Under the pieces are notes generated by a model. The model worked only from the letters and a program-made list of their open reading frames with translations. It was not told the origin of the DNA and ran no database searches. 64,000 nucleotides of DNA from an uncultured Gemmatimonadaceae bacterium (GTDB lineage Bacteria; Gemmatimonadota; Gemmatimonadetes; Gemmatimonadales; Gemmatimonadaceae), in NCBI GenBank assembly GCA_963781585.1, contig CAWAGQ010000011.1, positions 96,001 to 160,000 on the forward strand, written 5' to 3'. Below are positions 30,177-39,806 of the stretch, in pieces; the first letter of the stretch is position 1; the number at the start of each line of letters is the position of its first letter. A program made the translations under genes and the position numbers.

Positions 30177-30991
30177 GGGACTCCACGCTGGCGCAGGTGC
30201 GGCCGCGCTACTGGGACGTGCTCAGCTACCATCAGTATCCGCAGATCCGCGCCTCCGAGGCGGACCTCATCGCCGCTTTGAACGAGGTGCTGGCGAGCGA
30301 GACGGACGGCCGCGTGCGCGACTACGTCCGGCCGCTGTTCGGCAGCATGCCCATCATCATCACTGAGGCCGATCCGGGCAGCGGCTCGGCGCGGCCTGAA
30401 ACCAGCATGGTCGGGACGCTATATGGCGGGATCTGGGCGGCGGAGTACGCGGCGCGGCTGTCCACGCTGCCGCAGGTCTGGCACGTGGGCATGCATCAGC
30501 TCATAGGGCCGGCCGGGATCGACCTGGCCGACGATCACCGGATGGATGAGGCTACCGGCGCGGGGGCGGCCAGGGGGAGCATCGCGGGACTGGCGGGCGA
30601 GCTCTACCTGAGCGCGCAGGCCAGTGCGTACTCTCTCGCCGCCGAGGCGATCAATGCCGCCACGGCGAGTTATCGGACGCGCGTGACCGGCGGAGGGACT
30701 GCAGCGGCGCGCGCTCCCGGCCGCACGATTCCGGCGGTCTTCGCCCAGGCCTACCGGACTGCGGCGGGCACAACCCTCCTCGTCACGAACAAGGGAAGCC
30801 GTGCCTACCAGCTCGCGATCGTGCTCAATGGCAAACCGGTGGGATCTACCTTGCATGCGGAGCTAGTCACAGGTCCCGGGCCTGACGCGTGGAATAGTCC
30901 CATCCGGACCAGCGTCGTGCGACGGGATACGACCGTGGTCGGAACGGTGTCAATCCCCGCCTGGTCGGTGAGCCGCGTGACCTGGCCGTGA
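30177..30991 (+). pseudogene. C-terminal part of a clan GH-A-like glycoside hydrolase (GH79/GH51-like), 5'-truncated
   Basis: SYHQYP, PIIITE, LLVTNKG and IPAWSVS motifs; fused in frame to the IS256 fragment. Confidence 0.6.
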
Positions 30992-31053
30992 ACCGATCGC
31001 GAGTGAGAAACCTCGACCGTCGTTGAGGTATCTGGATCCGGCGCACCTGCTGA

Positions 31054-33396
31054 TTATCCACCGGCGCTATCGGATCGGAACTCGAGCACCACGGCACCCC
31101 CGGCCGGGAGGTTCAGCCGGATGGGAGTGGGCGAGAGGCCGAAGGCCCCAAACGGCCGCACACCATCTTCGTCGACGCGGACGATCCGGCCGCCCCGAAC
31201 GAGGCCATAGGCGGCCGGGTCCACCGTGAATGCAATGCTCGAACGCTCGTCGAGGATGCTCGCCACCGCGATCGCGACACTTCCGTCCGCGGCCCGCCAC
31301 GCACCCGCCAGGGCCGCCGGAGAGCGGCCGTCCGAAACCGTGGGGCCGCTGCGCTGCGCGGCGTAGATAGAGACACGCGAAAGCCGCACGTCGACGTCCG
31401 GCACGTTCAGCGCGGGGGGACGCAGGAACGTCCCATACAGCAGGTAGTCCAGCGCGCGGGCACGGATGCGCGCCAGGCGCATCATGTAGGCCGTCTCCTC
31501 GGGCCGCTCCACCAAGTCCGTCACCTGGAAATTGGCGATGGTCGGCTGGAGCCCCCAGACGAAGGACCGCGCCTGTTCCAGGTAGAATTGCCGCTGGAAC
31601 GTCCGGTCCATGAGTGCAAGGGGCTCGCTGGGAGCGTACTGGGCGGGCCAGAGGTCGTCGTACGGCGGCATGTGGAGACTCGAGTAGCTGCCGTAGGTGA
31701 TGCCGAAGGCGTGGTAGACCGCCTGGAACATGGGAATCGGCTCCCAGCCCGTCGCCGGGTCCGAGTACCGCTCCTGACTCACCTGGAGGGTGAGCATCAG
31801 ATCGAGGGAGGGTAGCCATGCCTCGCCGGCACCTTCCCCGGCGAGGACGAGATCCCGTCCCGCTCTCACCCGCCCGCGGATGTCCGACTCCAGCGCTTCG
31901 AAGCCACCCATCCAGTAGTTGCCACCGCCCACGGGGTGGCCGTGCGTCGAGTCGTAGCACACCAGCGACTGCACGGCCTGGTCCATGTAGATCCCGTCCA
32001 CGCCGTACTGGTTGATCACCGTATCGGCGATCCCGGCGTACTTGGCGCGCCAGAAGGGCGTGGTCACGTCCATCGCCACACAGGGTTGCGGGTCGAAGAC
32101 GTTGTAGACCTCCTCGTGAACCTTGCCGTCCTTCCCCTTCACCGCCCATCGCGCGGCGCCTTCCGCCTGATAGCTTGGCGTGTGGATGCACCACAGGCGC
32201 TGGTTCATGTACACGATGGCGTGCACCCGACCGGCGTGGGCGTCCTGCAGCGCGCGCTCGAAGGGCGCCACGCCCTCGCGCGGGGGGAGGTAGTCGGGGA
32301 AGCTCGTGTCGTACGCGCCGTGGTGCCACCAGTGCCAGTAGATGCTCACGGGCAGCCCGAGGGCGTCGCCTAACGCGAGAGCCGGCGGCACCACTCCCGG
32401 CGAGCGCCCTCGGTTCCATACCCACATGCCCGTCTCGCGGAGCCACGACGGCACGACGCCGCGGTTCAGCCGGCTCTGGCGCGCCCAGCGCTGTCGCGTG
32501 CCCCATTCCCGATAGATCTCTGCCGCCGTGAGCCAGTCGCCTTCGAACGTCCCTACCAGCGCGGAATACCCGGGTGACCAGCGCTGCCTGGGCCGATTCG
32601 GATCGGGGAGTTGTTGTGTGATCTCGTACGACAGGCTTCCCGCGCTGTCCCCCCACAGGGCAAAGCTCTTGCGAAATGCCAACGTGTCGTCGGCGGCGAG
32701 GTACAGACCCGCCGCGCCGGGACGATACAGGGCAAGCGCCTGCATGGAGAGCGTGCCGGGGTAGGGCCATTCCTGGCGCCGGCCGGCGCCGTTGCGATCC
32801 ACGAACTGTTTCGCCGGGTCGCGGGAGAGTTGCCCCATCCATCGGGGGACCGCCAACGCCTCGCCGCTTCCGAGAGGCAGGATTCCTGTCACCCGGGGGA
32901 AGCGCACCTCGTCGATGCCAAGGGCACCCAGTCCCTCGACCACGATGTTCCACGCGCTGAACGGCGTATTCCCGCGCGCGCTGACGGTGACCGTCACGTG
33001 CAACCCGGGAGCCGCGACCAACCCGAAGTCCCCCCACTCCAGGCGCAGGGCCGCCTCGCTGCCCTCCGGACGGCTCCAGGTGAATCGCTTCGCGTCGTCG
33101 GGTGCAACCACCGCCGCGCCGCCAACCTGAGACAGGTTCAAGAGCCAGGGCTCACCCCTGGACGACGGCCCCCCCACGAAGGAATGCCCCGTCCGGATGT
33201 CCACCAGCTCAGTCAGCCTCCCATCCGCCGCGTCGAAGCCGACGCGGATGCGACCGTTCTGTACTCGGATGGTGTCGGCCGCGGCGTACGCCATCGCAGA
33301 CGCGACCGGGACCGCGGACGCCGGAATGGAGAAGGAGGAGAAGAAAAAGACGGCGGCCAGGAACGTTCCGGCCGAGGCGCGGCGAGTCCCGTTCAC
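31054..33396 (-). CDS. DUF6259-like secreted putative glycoside hydrolase
   Basis: Signal peptide; YPG..SMQ, GDWLTAAEIYREW, FPDYLP, GVDGIYMDQ and CYDSTHGHPVGGG motifs. Confidence 0.75.
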   Translation of the reverse strand: MNGTRRASAGTFLAAVFFFSSFSIPASAVPVASAMAYAAADTIRVQNGRIRVGFDAADGRLTELVDIRTGHSFVGGPSSRGEPWLLNLSQVGGAAVVAPDDAKRFTWSRPEGSEAALRLEWGDFGLVAAPGLHVTVTVSARGNTPFSAWNIVVEGLGALGIDEVRFPRVTGILPLGSGEALAVPRWMGQLSRDPAKQFVDRNGAGRRQEWPYPGTLSMQALALYRPGAAGLYLAADDTLAFRKSFALWGDSAGSLSYEITQQLPDPNRPRQRWSPGYSALVGTFEGDWLTAAEIYREWGTRQRWARQSRLNRGVVPSWLRETGMWVWNRGRSPGVVPPALALGDALGLPVSIYWHWWHHGAYDTSFPDYLPPREGVAPFERALQDAHAGRVHAIVYMNQRLWCIHTPSYQAEGAARWAVKGKDGKVHEEVYNVFDPQPCVAMDVTTPFWRAKYAGIADTVINQYGVDGIYMDQAVQSLVCYDSTHGHPVGGGNYWMGGFEALESDIRGRVRAGRDLVLAGEGAGEAWLPSLDLMLTLQVSQERYSDPATGWEPIPMFQAVYHAFGITYGSYSSLHMPPYDDLWPAQYAPSEPLALMDRTFQRQFYLEQARSFVWGLQPTIANFQVTDLVERPEETAYMMRLARIRARALDYLLYGTFLRPPALNVPDVDVRLSRVSIYAAQRSGPTVSDGRSPAALAGAWRAADGSVAIAVASILDERSSIAFTVDPAAYGLVRGGRIVRVDEDGVRPFGAFGLSPTPIRLNLPAGGAVVLEFRSDSAGG

Positions 33397-33487
33397 ATAC
33401 GTGTTTCCGCGAGACGGCCGGGGGATCGCGGGCTCGTGCGCTGTCGGCGCACGAACCTCGATCCCCCGGCCGGTGATTCCCGCCAGC

Positions 33488-34774
33488 TCACTTGGAGTAG
33501 AACGGATTCGTTGCCTTCTCGCTCAACGGCACGATGAAGCATTCGGCGCCGCTGTAGACCTCGTTGGTGACTGGGTACTTCCCGGTGGGGAAGAGATCGA
33601 TCCCGAGCGTGGCCTTGTACCGCCTCAGGTCGCCCAGGCGCTGACCGGTGAGGTAGAAATCCAGGCTCCTCTGGGTCCGCAACTCGGTCATCAGGTCGTC
33701 CCCCGTTAGGCTCACGGGTGCTTCCCCGCCCACGGCACGTCGATCGTTGACGAACGCCAGTGTAGCGGCCGTGGGCCCCTGGGCCTCCGCCACCACGTAC
33801 TGCGCCTCCAGTCCCGTGGCGAATGCGATGTTCGTGGTGGTCAGGATCTTGTTGTTCACCGTGGTCGCCGACCAGCCGGTGTACATGTAGGGAGTCTGCG
33901 GTGGCACGATGGGGTTGGAGTTGAGCCCTCGCAGGGTCGTCAGCGTCGTCATCGGAGCGCGCGGATCGGCCAGGGCGAGGAAGTGGGGGCCCATGCTCAG
34001 CCAGGCGCCGGACACGCCTGCCGGCACATTCATGATGTTGTTCTCGCGTACCGAGTTGGCCGAGTAGTAGATCAACTGCTGGTAGGCCGCGGGAACCTGC
34101 GACGCGTACGTCAGCGCGGCTGTCTTGTCACCTCTCTTGAGCGAAGCCCGGGCGGCCCCCACTCGCGCCATGTTGATGATGTCGGTTGCCCCAGCGCTCG
34201 AACCCGAAGCGGTGGCGGTGGAGATAGCCTGGTCGAACATCGAGACAGCCTTCTGGAGCAGCTCGTCGGACGAAATCGGGGCGCTCAGATCGACCGGCGA
34301 CTCGCAGAAGCCTTCGCCAAGAAGGGTGTAGGCGTATCCGCCGTAGGCGAGCACCGTTGCCATGTTGAGACTCGATGAGCTGGAGTCGCCCAGCATCGCC
34401 TTGAGCCGCACCACCGCGTCCTCCGCGGACTGGCGCGCCCGGTGGAGGTTCGCGTACACAGATGCGTCGACGTCGTTGCTCTCGAGGATGTTGTGCAGCG
34501 ACAGCTCGCGGACGCCGACGTTCGTGTGGTCCGTGAAGGTCTCGTCGGAGAGTATGCCCGAATAGAGAGCGTAGTAGCCGTAGGCGTACTGGAACTCCCC
34601 GATGACGCCGTTGACGACGAGCTGCTTGAGGGCGGGGTCGGTGAGTTGGCCCTCGCTGATGAAACGGGGATTGGTCACGTCCAGCAGGCTGCCGCACCCT
34701 GCCAGGGCCATCCCCATGAGGAGCGCAAGTGCCGTCGCCGGAAGGCGCAGGCGGCGCGAAGTGGTCACGTTCAT
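33488..34774 (-). CDS. RagB/SusD-like outer-membrane lipoprotein
   Basis: Lipobox LAGC, LDVTNP, LSDE and GQRLGDLRR motifs; directly downstream of the SusC-like gene. Confidence 0.85.
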   Translation of the reverse strand: MNVTTSRRLRLPATALALLMGMALAGCGSLLDVTNPRFISEGQLTDPALKQLVVNGVIGEFQYAYGYYALYSGILSDETFTDHTNVGVRELSLHNILESNDVDASVYANLHRARQSAEDAVVRLKAMLGDSSSSSLNMATVLAYGGYAYTLLGEGFCESPVDLSAPISSDELLQKAVSMFDQAISTATASGSSAGATDIINMARVGAARASLKRGDKTAALTYASQVPAAYQQLIYYSANSVRENNIMNVPAGVSGAWLSMGPHFLALADPRAPMTTLTTLRGLNSNPIVPPQTPYMYTGWSATTVNNKILTTTNIAFATGLEAQYVVAEAQGPTAATLAFVNDRRAVGGEAPVSLTGDDLMTELRTQRSLDFYLTGQRLGDLRRYKATLGIDLFPTGKYPVTNEVYSGAECFIVPLSEKATNPFYSK

Positions 34775-34806
34775 GGTCGCCTCTCTGTAAGCCAGCCGGG
34801 TAGCCA

Positions 34807-37800
34807 TCAGAAGGACACCGTCATCGAGGCGGAGAACCGCCGGGACTGCGGCACCGTCCACGAATCGTTGCGGTTGAATGTCGATTCACCGTGGAAGTTC
34901 ACTTCGGGGTCGGCTCCTCCGTACTTCGTCCAGATCTTCAGGTTATGGCCGGAGAGTGTGAGCGTGGAGCGGGCCACACCGATCCGGCGTGTGACGGAGG
35001 CCGGAAGGTCGTAGCTCACGGACAGGTCGCGCAGCTTGATGAAGTCCGCTTTCTGGATGTGCAGGAACGTCTGCGATGCGAACTGGCGCACCAGCACCTC
35101 GTCGGGGTCGGCCGCCGGGTTCACCGTCGCCCACGACACGCCCGACCGGTCGCGCCGCCAGTCCTTCACGTTGAACTGATAGTGTCCGCCCTTGTAGTCG
35201 AGCAGCCCGTACAGCCGGATCTTGTCGAAGAAAGTGAACGTGTTCGAGAGCGCGATTTCCCGGGTCGGGATCGACGGTCCCATATAGAGGGACGAGTCCT
35301 CGAGAATGGGGCGACCCTGCGCGTTCTTGATGAGCTTCCCGCTGGCGTCGTACTGGACCTTCTGCGCCCAGAACCCGGCCAGTGGATACCCCACCTGGTA
35401 CCGCTCGACGGGAGCGTACGCGCCGAACACGATGGGGGCGCGATTATCCCCGAACGAGAGCAGCTCGTTGTGGTTGGTGGCGAGGCTGAGCGTGGTCGCG
35501 ATGGTGAGGAAGGAGCTTCGGAGCGGAGTGCCGTTGACCAGCAGCTCGATGCCACTGTTCGCGATGGTCCCCAGGTTCTGGAGCTGAGTGCCGGTAAAGC
35601 CGGTGGAGGGAGCCACGTCTACGGGAAGCAGCGCGTCCCTCGTGCGGCTGTTGTAGTAGCTGGCGTCCAGTCCCAGGCGACCTTTGAAGAGACCGGCTTC
35701 GAATCCGACCTCGATCTCCGAGGCGCGCTCGGGTTTCAGGTCGGTGTTGCCCACCGAGTTGTACCGCAGGGCCGAAGCCGTGGAGCTTGGCCCCGTCTCC
35801 ACGGACGTCGTGTAGCTGCGAACGGCGTCGAAGGGGCCGGGTGAGTTGCCTGCCTGACCCCACGCGGCGCGCAGTCGGAGCTGGTCCACGCTCGGGATGT
35901 GGAAGTAGCTCTCGTCCGAGATGACCCACGAGGCCGAAACCTTGGGGTAGAACACCCGGTTCAGCTTGGAGCCGAACGCGGAGTTGTTGTCCATGCGGAG
36001 CGCAGTCGTCACGAACAGCCGGTCGTGCCAACCCAGCTGTTCCTGGGCGTAGAGGCCCAGCGACTTCTGCTCCGAAAAGCTCTCGTTGCCCCAGGTGACG
36101 GCGGCCGAGGCGATGGAGCGGATGCCGGCGGCGCCAAGGTCCTGCCCAAACGCCTGCGTGTTCTGGTTGCTGTTCTTCAAGAACTGCATGCCCACCGAGG
36201 TGTTGGACACCAGGTTGGTGTTGATCTGGCGCGTCGCCTTGCCGGTCCAGTCTACCGTCAGATTCTTGTTGAACGGGCGTCCCTCGGCGATCAGCCCCTT
36301 GGTGTTGTCGACGTCGAAGCTGGCCCGGGCGGTGAACGGGTTGGTGCCCGCCGGTGCCGGAGGGAAGTAGACCTCGGCCTGACCGGCGTCGAGGTCGTAT
36401 CCCACGACGAGCTTGCTGCTCAGCCAGTCCGTGAACTTGTACTCGGTTGTCCCGCCAAGGATGTATCGGTCCGAGCGCGTGATGTTCTCGTACGTGTTGA
36501 ACACCGAGGGCTCGATGGTGAAGTAGTTGAGCCCTGCGGGGAACGGGTACTTGCGCCCCGGGGTCGCGAGGTACGAGCTGATGATCAGCCCGGTGGCGAT
36601 GTTGTCGCTCAGGGGGAGCCGCACCGTGTTGATGCTGTAGCCGACGTCGGTCGAGAATGTGAGCTTCGGCGTGGGACGGAACTGGAAGTTGCCGCGCAGC
36701 GACGTCCGGTTCGAGTAGTTGTTGAAGTAGCTTCCATCCTCTGCGTCCCGACCGCCGGAGACATAGAACGAATGGTTCTCCGCGCCCCCGCGAGCGCTCA
36801 GGTAGTACTTGGTGAGTTGGCCGGTGCGGAGGGCATCCGACTCGTTCATGACCCGGTGCGAGATGATGTCGCCCTCTTTGAGGCCCTGGTAACCGGGATA
36901 GTTCGTCGGGTCCGCGATGCGGGCGGCGGTAGCCACCCCGTAGTTGATGGGTCGGAGGTTGTCCGGCCAGTCATTGCCGCCGAACTCCCCGCTGGCGTCC
37001 CATTGCACCGCGCCGGCGCGGCCTTTCTTGGTGATGATCTGAATTACGCCTGACGCGGCCTCGGCGCCGTACAGCGTGGCCGCCGCCGGGCCCTTGATAA
37101 CCTCGATGGACTCGATGTCGGCCGGGTTGATGGCGTCCAGGGCGGAGGTGTTCTGTCCGAACACGTTGAAGTTGCCCGAGCTGTCGGAGTAGATCCGCAC
37201 GCCGTCGACGTAGATCGTGGGCTTCGTGTTGGCGTACACCGACGACGCGCCGCGGAGACGGAAGTCGGCCCCGGTGCCAGCCTCACCGGAGCCCGGCATG
37301 ATGGTGAGCCCTGGCGTCTTCGCCTGCAGTACCTCGGTGATGTTGGCGGCCGGAGCCTGCTCGAGCACCTGGGGTGCGCTCAACGACGTGACCGCGTTGC
37401 CAATGACCTTCCTTCTGGTATCTCCGGTCGCCCCGGTGACCACGACGGCGTCCAGTGAAATGGCGCTGGGGTTCATTCTCAGCTCGACGCTGGCCCGCGC
37501 GCCGGCCTGCACAGACACCGTAGCACTGGCCGTCTGGTACCCGATGCGAATGGCCCGAACCACGTGGGTGCCCACGGACACGCTCGCGATGGTAAAACGT
37601 CCGTCGGCATCTACGACCACTGCCAGGGACGTTCCCACGATGACGACCTGCGCCGCGGCGACCGGAATGCCCTTCTGCGCGTCGAGGACACGCCCGGTCA
37701 CAGTGCCCGTCTGGGCTGCGACGGGCTGCGCTGCTGCGAGTCCCAGTGCAACAGCAAGGCTGAGCAGCAGACGGCGCCTCATCCGCGGACCTGCTCCATC

Positions 37801-37818
37801 CGACCCTGAATTCAACAT
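34807..37818 (-). CDS. SusC/RagA-family TonB-dependent receptor
   Basis: Carboxypeptidase-like N-domain, VVVTG, INPADIESIEVIKGPAAATLYGAEAASGVIQIITKKG, LKPERASEIEVG and C-terminal Phe. Confidence 0.95.
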   Translation of the reverse strand: MLNSGSDGAGPRMRRRLLLSLAVALGLAAAQPVAAQTGTVTGRVLDAQKGIPVAAAQVVIVGTSLAVVVDADGRFTIASVSVGTHVVRAIRIGYQTASATVSVQAGARASVELRMNPSAISLDAVVVTGATGDTRRKVIGNAVTSLSAPQVLEQAPAANITEVLQAKTPGLTIMPGSGEAGTGADFRLRGASSVYANTKPTIYVDGVRIYSDSSGNFNVFGQNTSALDAINPADIESIEVIKGPAAATLYGAEAASGVIQIITKKGRAGAVQWDASGEFGGNDWPDNLRPINYGVATAARIADPTNYPGYQGLKEGDIISHRVMNESDALRTGQLTKYYLSARGGAENHSFYVSGGRDAEDGSYFNNYSNRTSLRGNFQFRPTPKLTFSTDVGYSINTVRLPLSDNIATGLIISSYLATPGRKYPFPAGLNYFTIEPSVFNTYENITRSDRYILGGTTEYKFTDWLSSKLVVGYDLDAGQAEVYFPPAPAGTNPFTARASFDVDNTKGLIAEGRPFNKNLTVDWTGKATRQINTNLVSNTSVGMQFLKNSNQNTQAFGQDLGAAGIRSIASAAVTWGNESFSEQKSLGLYAQEQLGWHDRLFVTTALRMDNNSAFGSKLNRVFYPKVSASWVISDESYFHIPSVDQLRLRAAWGQAGNSPGPFDAVRSYTTSVETGPSSTASALRYNSVGNTDLKPERASEIEVGFEAGLFKGRLGLDASYYNSRTRDALLPVDVAPSTGFTGTQLQNLGTIANSGIELLVNGTPLRSSFLTIATTLSLATNHNELLSFGDNRAPIVFGAYAPVERYQVGYPLAGFWAQKVQYDASGKLIKNAQGRPILEDSSLYMGPSIPTREIALSNTFTFFDKIRLYGLLDYKGGHYQFNVKDWRRDRSGVSWATVNPAADPDEVLVRQFASQTFLHIQKADFIKLRDLSVSYDLPASVTRRIGVARSTLTLSGHNLKIWTKYGGADPEVNFHGESTFNRNDSWTVPQSRRFSASMTVSF

Positions 37819-38053
37819 ATCGCGCCTTCCTGCGAAGAATGTGAAATCGACGAGGCCAAACGCCACGTAGATACGTTCCGCGAATCGAAGTTGCAACGGT
37901 CGACGATCGGCCGCGACACAAGCCTGGCGCCGAAAAGATGTGGCAGCGAGACAGACACATGCCAGCTGGACGCGACGACCCGGGTCCGCCGCCGCCGACC
38001 GCGCTATCTTCCCGTCGCGAATGAGGAGCCGACCACCTGGGGAGGGCGCGTCC

Positions 38054-39061
38054 ATGGATATGATGGTTCTCCTGGTCACGGCAGGAATCGCCTTCACGGG
38101 ACCGCATGGTGACGCGCGTGGTTCCCGATGGTGGGGCGTTCGCGGCCACGAGATGGCCGCCCGGGCCGCACTCGCGGCGCTTCCCGTCGAGATGCCGTCG
38201 TTCTTCAGAAATGCGGCCGACCAACTCGTCTATCTCGACCCCGAGCCCGACCGTTGGCGAGTTCGCGAGCTCGCGGCCATGGATGGAGCGTTCGCCCTCG
38301 ATCACTTCATATGGATGGAGAACGTCCCGCCGGGAGCCCTGGACGCCCCCGACCGATTCGCGTTCATACAGGCCCTGTACGGTGCCGGCATTGCCGACGG
38401 CCCGAACAACGTGGGCCTTCTCCCGTACCGGATGCTCGAGCTCTACCAGCGGTTGGTCGCGGAATGGCGGCTGTGGCGTCAGGAGCCCGACGCCCGCCGG
38501 CGGGAGTGGATCGAGCAGCGCATTGTGAACGACGCCGGGATCCTGGGCCACTACGTCACCGACGCGTCCAACCCCCACCACGCGTCCGCCAACCACGCTG
38601 GCTGGGCTGCTACCATCCCCAATCCCGGAGGCTACACCACCGACCCGGGCTTTCACAGCCGCTTCGAGCGCGACTTCGTGGACTCGTTCGTTAGGCAGGT
38701 GGACGTGACGTCGCGGGTGCGCGGTGAGCCGCGCTCGGTGGCGGGGAAGGCCTGGCAGGCGATCCTCGACGAAATCCGGGAATCGCACGCCCAGGTGGAG
38801 ACGCTGTTCCGCCTCGACCGCGACGTCGGCTTCGACCCCCACGGGCCCCTCCACGCCGCCACGCGAGACTTCGCCGCCGAGCGACTCGCCGCCGGCGCCG
38901 ACGCGCTCCGGGTGCTGTGGTGGTCGGCCTGGCTGGAGAGCGTGAAATCCCAGGCCCCGCTCAGGATCCCGGGGCGATCTCCAGGTCTGCTACCAGCGGC
39001 CGGTGATCCGACGCTTGCGTCGCCACGACGCGAGCCGACCGGACGCGGATCCCGCCCGTGA
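38054..39061 (+). CDS. S1/P1 nuclease / Zn-dependent phospholipase C family protein
   Basis: Signal peptide, then WGVRGH, EPDRW, DHF, GHYVTDASNPHH and HSRFE motifs. Confidence 0.85.
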   Translation: MDMMVLLVTAGIAFTGPHGDARGSRWWGVRGHEMAARAALAALPVEMPSFFRNAADQLVYLDPEPDRWRVRELAAMDGAFALDHFIWMENVPPGALDAPDRFAFIQALYGAGIADGPNNVGLLPYRMLELYQRLVAEWRLWRQEPDARRREWIEQRIVNDAGILGHYVTDASNPHHASANHAGWAATIPNPGGYTTDPGFHSRFERDFVDSFVRQVDVTSRVRGEPRSVAGKAWQAILDEIRESHAQVETLFRLDRDVGFDPHGPLHAATRDFAAERLAAGADALRVLWWSAWLESVKSQAPLRIPGRSPGLLPAAGDPTLASPRREPTGRGSRP

Positions 39062-39806
39062 AGAGCACGTAGTCGATGCGCTCCGCCGGTGCCGACGCCG
39101 GGTACGTAAAGCCCGGGCCGGAGCCCGCCGTCCACGCATCAGTCAGGGTCTGGAAGAGTGGCGCGAGTTCGCCGGCCTCGGGCGATGCGTTCATGTCGCC
39201 GACCAGGATCGCGGGGCCTCCGACCTTGCCGATGATCCCTAACATCTCGGCGACCTGCGTTTGGCGAACGGCCGGGTCGCGACGGTAGTCGAGGTGCGTG
39301 TCGAAGACGTCGACGTGGCTACCGCCCACGTCGAGGGTGACCTGGAGGAAGCCCGGCATGATCTGGGGCGGCAGGTCGGCCTGGGTCGACAGCCGCGTGA
39401 TCTCGTGATTCTCGGAACGGACGATGGGTCTCCGGCTCAGAATGGCCACCCCGAACTCGCGAGCGGGCGCGCCGGGCGACAGCGCCGGCAGCTCGTAAAT
39501 GGGCCCGAAGCGCACCTGCATGCCGCACGCTCGCGCAAGCGAGTCGGCCTCGTCCACGAAGCTGCTCCGGTCGGCCCAGTGCACGTCGACTTCCTGGAGG
39601 CCTACGATGTCGGGCGCTGCCTCCCGGATGGTAGCGGCCACGTTGGTCAGCCCCTCCTGACCACCGTGGATGTTGAAGGTCATCACGCGCAGGGGCACAC
39701 CGGCCTGCGCACCGAGCTGCGGCTGGCACACCGCGAGCGCGGCGATGGCCTGAAGAGCGATGCGGGCGACGGAAGACCGGAGGGTCTTCAAGGGATTGGC
39801 CCTCAC
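38961..39806 (-). CDS. Endonuclease/exonuclease/phosphatase family protein, exported
   Basis: MTFNIHG, GLQEVD, THL, GDMN, RIDYV and SDHRP motifs; GTG overlaps the namZ stop. Confidence 0.9.
   Translation of the reverse strand: MRANPLKTLRSSVARIALQAIAALAVCQPQLGAQAGVPLRVMTFNIHGGQEGLTNVAATIREAAPDIVGLQEVDVHWADRSSFVDEADSLARACGMQVRFGPIYELPALSPGAPAREFGVAILSRRPIVRSENHEITRLSTQADLPPQIMPGFLQVTLDVGGSHVDVFDTHLDYRRDPAVRQTQVAEMLGIIGKVGGPAILVGDMNASPEAGELAPLFQTLTDAWTAGSGPGFTYPASAPAERIDYVLFTGGIRVRSARVVATQASDHRPLVADLEIAPGS

Noticed and set aside
31067..33037. Long alternative-frame and antisense ORFs (also 39-1484, 2170-3651, 9244-10761, 37283-38854, 57067-58560)
   Set aside because: Arg/Gly/Pro/Ala-rich shadow frames of real genes, expected from stop-codon scarcity at high GC.
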